Source: Bigelowiella natans CCMP2755 (Eukaryota > Protista > Cercozoa). Taken from it: DNA of 64,000 nt. Under the pieces are notes generated by a model that saw only the letters and a list, made by a program, of their open reading frames with translations, was not told the origin of the DNA and did not search any database. The stretch's first letter is position 1. Each line of letters opens with the position of its first letter. The stretch is from assembly GCA_000320545.1 (NCBI GenBank), contig ADNK01003366.1:52740-116739 (forward strand), given 5' to 3'. The position numbers and the translations under genes are program-made. This document shows, in pieces, positions 57,390-64,000 of this stretch.

Positions 57390-57797
57390 CTAATATGTTT
57401 TGTGGGATGTGGGAAAGATGTTAATACTTATCGCGTGAAAGGGGTTGATTCAGATTCAATATATCAGGACATCCGGATGTGTCAGTTGCAACCATTTCAA
57501 TTCCTCTCCTTATCTATCATCCTCTTCAGGTTCTTCCTACAATGATGATATTTTTCCATAGTCTACATCTAGTCTAGATAGTATGGGTGCAAAGATATGC
57601 GATGATAATTGTCAAAAGTCTTGCATATACATCTTTTTACCTTATCATTTATGCTGTTGTTCTAAAAAAAGATTGTCGTTGGAAGTATGCTGGTTGCACC
57701 ATTACAACGCTGGTTGGTATCAGAATCCCCAACAAATAAAAGCAATTTTATGGGCAGTGAAAATGGTAGTGTTAAGAAACCAGGCTTCGCCCTTTGA
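53774..57797 (+). CDS. SLC10A7: Sodium/bile acid symporter family member, SLC10A7/Rch1-like, multi-exon gene span
   Basis: Spliced peptide [23 protein letters not shown]|[26 protein letters not shown]...SCM|[40 protein letters not shown]...[13 protein letters not shown]...[24 protein letters not shown]...[10 protein letters not shown]|IVVGSMLV. These are hallmark SLC10A7 motifs. Confidence 0.93.
56008..56141. repeat. 45-bp minisatellite, 3 copies, inside an SLC10A7 intron
   Basis: Unit atattgcagacactactacacattcccttcattagggggaaaata repeated three times, near-perfect. Confidence 0.95.
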
Positions 57798-58099
57798 TGA
57801 TTTATAATTAATATCCAATGTTATGCTCGAAGTACCATGCGTAGCAGCATGCATGCTGATCAGCTAAGTCCTGGACTTATTACATTCTAGCATTATTAGT
57901 ACGATACATTAGAAATGCGATGCATCTAGAAATTTAGCTGAGCTAGAAACACACACATATTCTTAGGTGTGTGTGATGCGTGTGTGGCTAGGTCTAGAGG
58001 TGTGTGCGTGTGTACTACTACTAGTGTATCTAGCATCTTGCCAGCTAGCTAGATATATTTATATATATGAGATGGATGTAATGAAGTGATTAAACCTTT

Positions 58100-59400
58100 T
58101 CAATGGTCATCCTGATGTAGCTATGCAAAGCAGCGGCTACAGTGCTTGTGTTGTATCTGTTTGTCTCCGCTGTCATGTGTTTCATGCATGGCATTTGAAA
58201 GCATCTGCATCCTGTCGTCGATGTGTGCAGCACTACACATAGCACGCTAGCACGCGTAGCGGTCCGTGCTTCTTTTTCAGCTTCAGTTAGTAGTTTCGTG
58301 TCATTGTTTCGAATCATGATGGCATTCAATTGGTTTCTCAATCTTCACTGTTGGTGTTCGTGTGCTTCGCATTGAAGTTGATGATCCATGCTAGCATGCT
58401 AGCATGCCTTTCATCACGACACCACATATGTCACATGCTAACATGCTAGCATGTCTAGATGTGGCATCTGCTTCTGCTCACACTGTCCTCGTGACAACAT
58501 GAATATCCCGCGAGGATTCCCACCCCACAGCTAGATGGCACACATTCATGTGATGGCGGCAACACTTGCCAATTTCAATTTCATGCATGCCAGCTAGCCA
58601 GTGATGCGAGAGTATGGAAAGAAAGCAAGATGTTTCAGCTGCACAGCTCTGTGTGCACGATGCATGTGCATCGCACACATGCATCATGCTAGCATGTCCG
58701 TTTGTGTGCACGTGCGCACGCACGACAATGTCTGGACGTGCACTAGCTAGCACGCACGCGCTAGCTGTGTGGTGCGTGGCATTCGCATGAGCATGTCGTT
58801 AACTGTGGCTATAGCTAGCTACTAGCTGGTCACATTGCACGTGCGTCGCATTTAGCTAGTTAGCTAGTTAGCTAGTCAGCTACTTTCAGAGTTGTGTGTA
58901 GTTTAGCCACAACTAGCTATCTAGCTAGCTAGCTAGACGTGCACAGCACTAGCTAGCAAGCTAGCTAGCATGGCTACGATGGCGTGGCGTGTTGAGGCAA
59001 GCTAGTATGAGCGCAGCATGCTAGCTAGCTAGCATGCATGCAGGTCTAGAGGTGCACTCTAGCACTATCGGTCTAGCGGTGGTCGGAGCTACAACACGCA
59101 TCTTGCTTTTATTAGTACTCAAATGACATTCCAGCATTGCCATGCCAGCATGCCAGCACAAGCTAGAAGCTAGATGTATAACAACTAGACAAGCTGAAGC
59201 GAGGCCATTCTCATCATCATCATCATCATCAAATATAACAATATCACGACAATGAAAATATAGCTACATGTGTTACTAGGTTAGTCTGCCATCCTGCCTG
59301 CTGTGCAATGTGGAATTGCACAATGGGGCATGTGTTTGCATTCAATGAATGTGCAAGTTGCGGTGTCGATGAGGTTGTAACGTGCTGATCATCGTAATTT
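58100..59400. other. TpA-depleted, CTAG-enriched intergenic island between convergent genes
   Basis: Manual count 58321-58800: 14 TpA, 10 of them in CTAG. Dense gctagc/catgctag/tgcatg motifs. (GCTA)n runs at ~58850-59040. Confidence 0.85.
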
Positions 59401-59490
59401 GGCAACTATGTTATTATGATAGCTTGAAAGTCAAAAAAATAGACAGTCGATGTGTACTGAATTAAATACACAAGCATCACGTGATAATAA

Positions 59491-62400
59491 TTAATGCCTG
59501 GTAGCCTTTTGGCATTCATCCTGAGCCCATTGAGCCCTTTCTTGAACCTTTGAGTTGGAATGTCTTCTGCTCTTGTGAAGAAGCTCCTGAATAGCAGTTT
59601 GTGACACCAAACCTGTTGCCTGTGACCCAAACCCTTTCGCGATGTCCCCAACTAAGCTGACAGCGCTTATCAAAACAGAATCTTCTGTGTCTTCGTCTTT
59701 CCCAACCACGCAAATCAATTGCCAAACACTATCTACATAAGGACGGAATAAATTTTGTGCATTTTCATCTGATAATCCTGCGAAGATCGAGGTGTATGTT
59801 TCCAAGAGGCTGTGATAGAAGAAACATGATTCAAGTCAGAATTTTGATCAATAATGTCGCTTACAGATATACTAATAATTAAATGGTCGCAACAACCACC
59901 TTTCTCGAAGTTGGTTCATGAACTCAATATCGTCCTCATCAGGATCTTCAAACTTGTACAGAGCCATTTTTTGAAGCATTCCCATGACGTGTCGTAAGTA
60001 TCTCTGGAAATCCTTTCCTAGGGCTAAAGCCATGCCCCCAATTGCATGGATAACTCTGGGCTTCACATCTCGCATTAAATCAGCACTTTGAAGGAGGTTC
60101 AAAAAGTGTTGAACTAGATTATCTGCAATGGGTTTGATTTTCGATCCTACTGCCTCAACAATATCTCCTGCAAGACCAATTGCAATACCGCAGACACGGA
60201 CTTCCAATACGTTATTCAGAGACTTTAGGAGCAAAGGAGTAAATGCTTTCATGTATCTCATGCACTTGTCCTTCGTTTTCCGTACCACTTCGGTGACCCC
60301 CAGGAGAGCCTCTTCATGGCAGACAGAGGTACCACATTTTAGAACCTCTAGAAAGGCTAGCATGAACGTGTCCATAAAAGACCCTAAGATACTCACAGGA
60401 AGCTTTCGAATACAAACAACAAGGGTACCACAGATATAAGCTTGGATGTTTACGTTATTCGTATCCGAGTTATTTTTGGATTTGTTTACACTCATTTCCA
60501 AGCGTTTAAGCATGTGGGGAATCAGTTTCTTAATTGTCTCATAACTATCTTTCCCTGCTGTATGTATCAATGAAGCTATGCATTCATAGGCCGATGCCAT
60601 TAGTCCCTGATCAGCATCTTCCCGATTAGACGCGTCCAGTAAGGATTTCATAAGATCATAGAAGTACTTTGTCAAAGGGTTTGATGGTTCATCTGAGTCG
60701 TTTTGATCTAAAGCGTCTGCTAGGTTTCTTACAGCATAGCAAGCTTTCGAGGCGACCTTCGAGCTGAAAGTCATCGCCATTATCAAGGTTCTCATCAAAT
60801 GAGGAAGCACCTTTGGGGTGATGACTTCTGGGATTTCCTCGCAAATTCGACCGATAGTCCAAGCTGCGGTGTGCTTAACAACATCGTTAGAATCTTTGAC
60901 GTGTTCTAATATTACAGGGAAAGCTCTTTGCACGAGAGGTATCAGCTTTTCTTTTGTTGGACCATTAAGCATTGTTGCAAACGCTGTAGTAGCAGCATCA
61001 CGTACCCTCCAGTCCTTATTTCTTATATTTCCTTCAACAAGAGGAAGCACCATCTTCACTACGGAATCTCCAGCCACCTCGCTCATTTTCGTCAAACAGC
61101 ATCCTGCTGCTGATGCTAAGTTCCATTCTTCATCATCTACATCCTCGTTTTGCTTCGAGAGGCAGCTCCAAAGTGAAGGAATCAGTGATGAAATAGCTGC
61201 CTGTGTAAAATTGCAGCTTTTTTGATCAGGAGGCGTCATTCCTGATTCCTCTGCCTCCTGGTGGCTCCATTTCAGATCGGCTTCAGTTTCAGCCACAGTC
61301 GACCAGAATTCAATGCCCATCTTCCCAGCCTCTTCGGAATCGCTGCAGATGGCTTTTTTCGTAATTTCGAAGATTTGACGCATGAAAGGACCCATTTGAT
61401 CGTAATATTTCGATGCAACCTCAACCAAACAACTGATTCCAGCTTCCCTTACTCTCTCATCGCTGCACGTAGAAGCGTTGAAAATCATGGTAAATATAAG
61501 CTGCTTTTCCTTAGGTCGCTCAAAGTTCGGCTCAGCAAGTTCCAGGGAATATGTCAGGGCCTTCACAGCTGCCAACTTGATACCGTTGTTTTTTTGATTC
61601 GCTGCCAATCCCTTGGAAATCATGTTGAGGATCACATTTTCAGTGCCCTTTAGATATGGAGCACATTCGTCACATATATATCCTAATGTATAAAAGCACG
61701 CTTCTATTCTTTCGGGTGATTTCATGAGTGCAACGAGTTGGTTAACAGCTCCTTTCCAATATCCACGAGGAATTTCACTTGCAGCGATCTTGGCAATGAC
61801 AAGGGCTGCCGTGGAACGGATACCTGAATTAGTGAAGAGAGATGAGAAACTGCAGTGTTAAATTCCAATTCATTCGTTATAGAGATTATTGTTACTTTTC
61901 GCCTGGGATCCCAGCAGGTTCAGGAGCATGTTGCGAATCTGAACACGCATTTGCTCTTGGAGCATAATCCATCGCTCTTGAAAGCCTATCGTAAAAGACT
62001 ATAATTTAGTCCCAGTATAAGGCATTTTCCATTGTTTGATCTCGCGATTCTCATTATTATGCCTTACGTTTCTGCTGCTGTTCACTCTTCGCAGTGATGG
62101 CATTTTTCAGACATAGACCTAAAAAATGCAATGTGTCAAATATTCACGTCTTTGTCTACGTATTTATTTATTTCAGTACCGGCAAGCTGGCGGATATCGT
62201 GATTTACCCCATCTTTTTCATTTGCAAGTGCTGAGCACAAGAAGAAAAGATACTGCTGCAGATTTTGATTCTCAAGTTCTTTCAACTTTTTCTCGGCAGG
62301 TTCTGTAATGTAATAAGACTTGATCATCAGATTTATGAGACTAGGCAAGATAGAATTCACACCGACCTACCTCTGATTTTTTGGTCCGGAGACCTAGCAG

Positions 62401-62603
62401 CTGCGAGTATTTGGATTAGAGGGTTATTTGTTTGTTGTTGAAACTTGGGCTTTCCCATGGAATCAGCCTTGGAATTGAATTGAGGCCACTGGGATTTAAC
62501 TTGCTGGCGGTTCGGGACCTAAAAAGAGAGACTCTCACAAAAGTATCGCCGAACTAAGTTAGTGTGTTCCTACCGCATGCACATTTTCTTTGTTTGACAT
62601 CAT
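59491..62603 (-). CDS. KPNB1: Importin subunit beta-1 (karyopherin beta 1), about 7 exons with short introns
   Basis: HEAT-repeat protein with the importin-beta N-terminal pattern (ILAAARSPDQKIREPAEKKL...L..ALANE...IRQLAG), IEFWSTVAETE, acidic loop KQNEDVDDEEWNLASAAGCCL, WRVRDAATTAF, VKHTAAWTIGRICE, FMNQLRE..LETYT. Exon ORFs 59491-59805 and 59899-61823. Confidence 0.96.
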
Positions 62604-63188
62604 TTTAGGTCGCAAATGTGTCTCTCCAATCGACAAGGAGGGTGGTCTCTCAGTTCCACTTCGGCCGTGTCAATCGAGGTGCTTGGAGTTTGAGATGCGG
62701 CACAAAAAAGGGTGATGGGAAACTTTGTCAGCGTCATGCAACTTGGTTGATGTTTATCTTAAAACATTATGCATTCTGTTCAAATTTTATTAATCCCCGA
62801 ACTTCCGGTCTTCATGCTCCAGAACCTCTCCTCCCAGCAATTTCAGGATACTAAGAATGGATTGTTTGAGATTTTAGAAACGATTCACACACATTTTCGT
62901 TGAACGACAAAATGTATTTAAGCAATTTTATTTTTTTACTTTTTAATCTTTCGCACAAAAAAACAATAAATTTCTGAAAATATTGATGGTATCCGTTGAA
63001 ACGAGAAACGCGCGAAAGGATGTTCTCGGAGTTGTTAAAGCGCTCTCCGAATAATCTCCAGGTATTAATCCCGGGATTAATCTAGGGTTTAATACTTTCT
63101 TGGAGCATTCCTTCAGTAGCCCACGTATGGATGGACAAGGACATGGAGCCCGTTCGTGTTGTTTAAATGTGATGAAAAGCGTGTAGTG

Positions 63189-63897
63189 ATGATGAAAGGG
63201 AGTATTCAAATGCATGAATCCTTGGAGAATGCAGACAATGACACAAGCAAGAGTGACGATCCTGACAGCATCATTGAGAAGAAAACATCCCCTGATTCTT
63301 TCGCGATCAGGGAAGTTGACATATGTCTTTCTAACACCTATCCGAAGAATCGAGCTTATTTCGAACTTAAAATCCGAGACGCTTCAGATCCGCTAAGGTT
63401 CTTCCATTCTTCTCAGGAATGAGTTACGGAATGAACGAACTGAAAATGAAAAATAGCATGTTTTTTTATCATCATACAGATTTGTTCTTAAATGGGTCAA
63501 TGCGTGCCTCTTGAGAAGTGAACATCCGCAGAGCTACGCGTTACAGTTGATGTTGACAAACATGGTACTTTCTGGTCGATATAGAAGAAGCCGTCCAGAT
63601 CCCAGCAGTAGGCAGCAGCAGCACGAGTCTGACGTCGGAAGAAGTGGCCATCTAGATATCGAGAAAGAGGCTCACAACTCCCACAACGATGATCAGATTA
63701 GAGAGAAAGAGGCTCACAACTCCCACAACGAGGAGCAGATTAGAGAGATTCTTACAAGATATTACCCAGATATCATTACTCCTCAGATTTGGGCGAGATT
63801 ACTCAAACTTTCTAATCGTCTTCCCCCAAAGAGCCATTTGACGCAACACATTCGTAATCACTTGTTGGAGAAGAAGAAATACTCTGAGGCCTGCGAC
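63189..63897 (+). CDS. 5' exons of an unidentified protein-coding gene, divergent from importin beta and continuing beyond the window
   Basis: Exon to ~63397 (..DASDPL AG|gttctt), acceptor atacag at 63479, then an open frame FVLKWVNACLLRSEHPQSYALQLMLTN...HIRNHLLEKKKYSEACD ending at a GTGAG donor (~63898) followed by an intronic (TA)n. The phases are compatible. Confidence 0.65.
63661..63748 (+). repeat. 42-bp in-frame tandem duplication (EKEAHNSHND/EDQIR x2)
   Basis: gagaaagaggctcacaactcccacaacga(t/g)ga(t/g)cagattaga occurs twice in tandem. Confidence 0.93.
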
Positions 63898-63909
63898 GTG
63901 AGAAATCTC

Positions 63910-63982
<73 letters not shown>

Positions 63983-64000
63983 AGAGCATCATCCGTATGC

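Larger units (their letters stand above)
300..57400. repeat. Pervasive di- and trinucleotide microsatellites: (TAG/CTA), (CAT/ATG), (AAC), (AAT), (AAG), (AGG), (CAG), (TA), (CA), (GA)
   Basis: Directly visible in nearly every long intron and in exon loops, e.g. (CTA)n 317-376, (CA)n(GA)n 3276-3330, (TA)n 18955-19030, (CT)n(CA)n 55044-55120. Confidence 0.98.

Noticed and set aside
60128-61653. Plus-strand ORFs 60128-60439, 60818-61225 and 61261-61653
   Set aside because: Antisense shadows of the importin beta exon with no independent coding signal.
1003-63900. Alternative genetic code or stop-codon readthrough to explain fragmented ORFs
   Set aside because: Conserved motifs join in frame through ordinary GT-AG introns, and long exons such as importin translate cleanly with the standard code.

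Overview
AT-rich, intron-dense, microsatellite-saturated eukaryotic (protist-like) nuclear DNA. The ORF track is mostly noise because genes are split into many small exons. I reconstructed these genes by hand: a Ski2/Mtr4-family RNA helicase (+), a Mut-7/EXD3-like DEDDy 3'-5' exonuclease (+), a MATE transporter (-), proteasome assembly chaperone 3 (+), a large PH/RhoGAP-like/EF-hand protein (-), an SLC10A7-like symporter (+), importin beta-1 (-) and the 5' part of an unknown gene (+). The most striking unexplained signal is intergenic. Islands at about 13.4-14.4 kb and 58.1-59.4 kb (weaker at about 32-32.9 kb and 22.5-23 kb) have lost almost all TpA dinucleotides, are rich in TpG/CpA and keep CpG. 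The few surviving TpA sit almost only in CTAG/TAG context. This fits a targeted, double-stranded TpA->TpG/CpA (A-to-G) hypermutation process, a mirror image of fungal RIP. All counts are manual and exon boundaries are unverified by transcripts.
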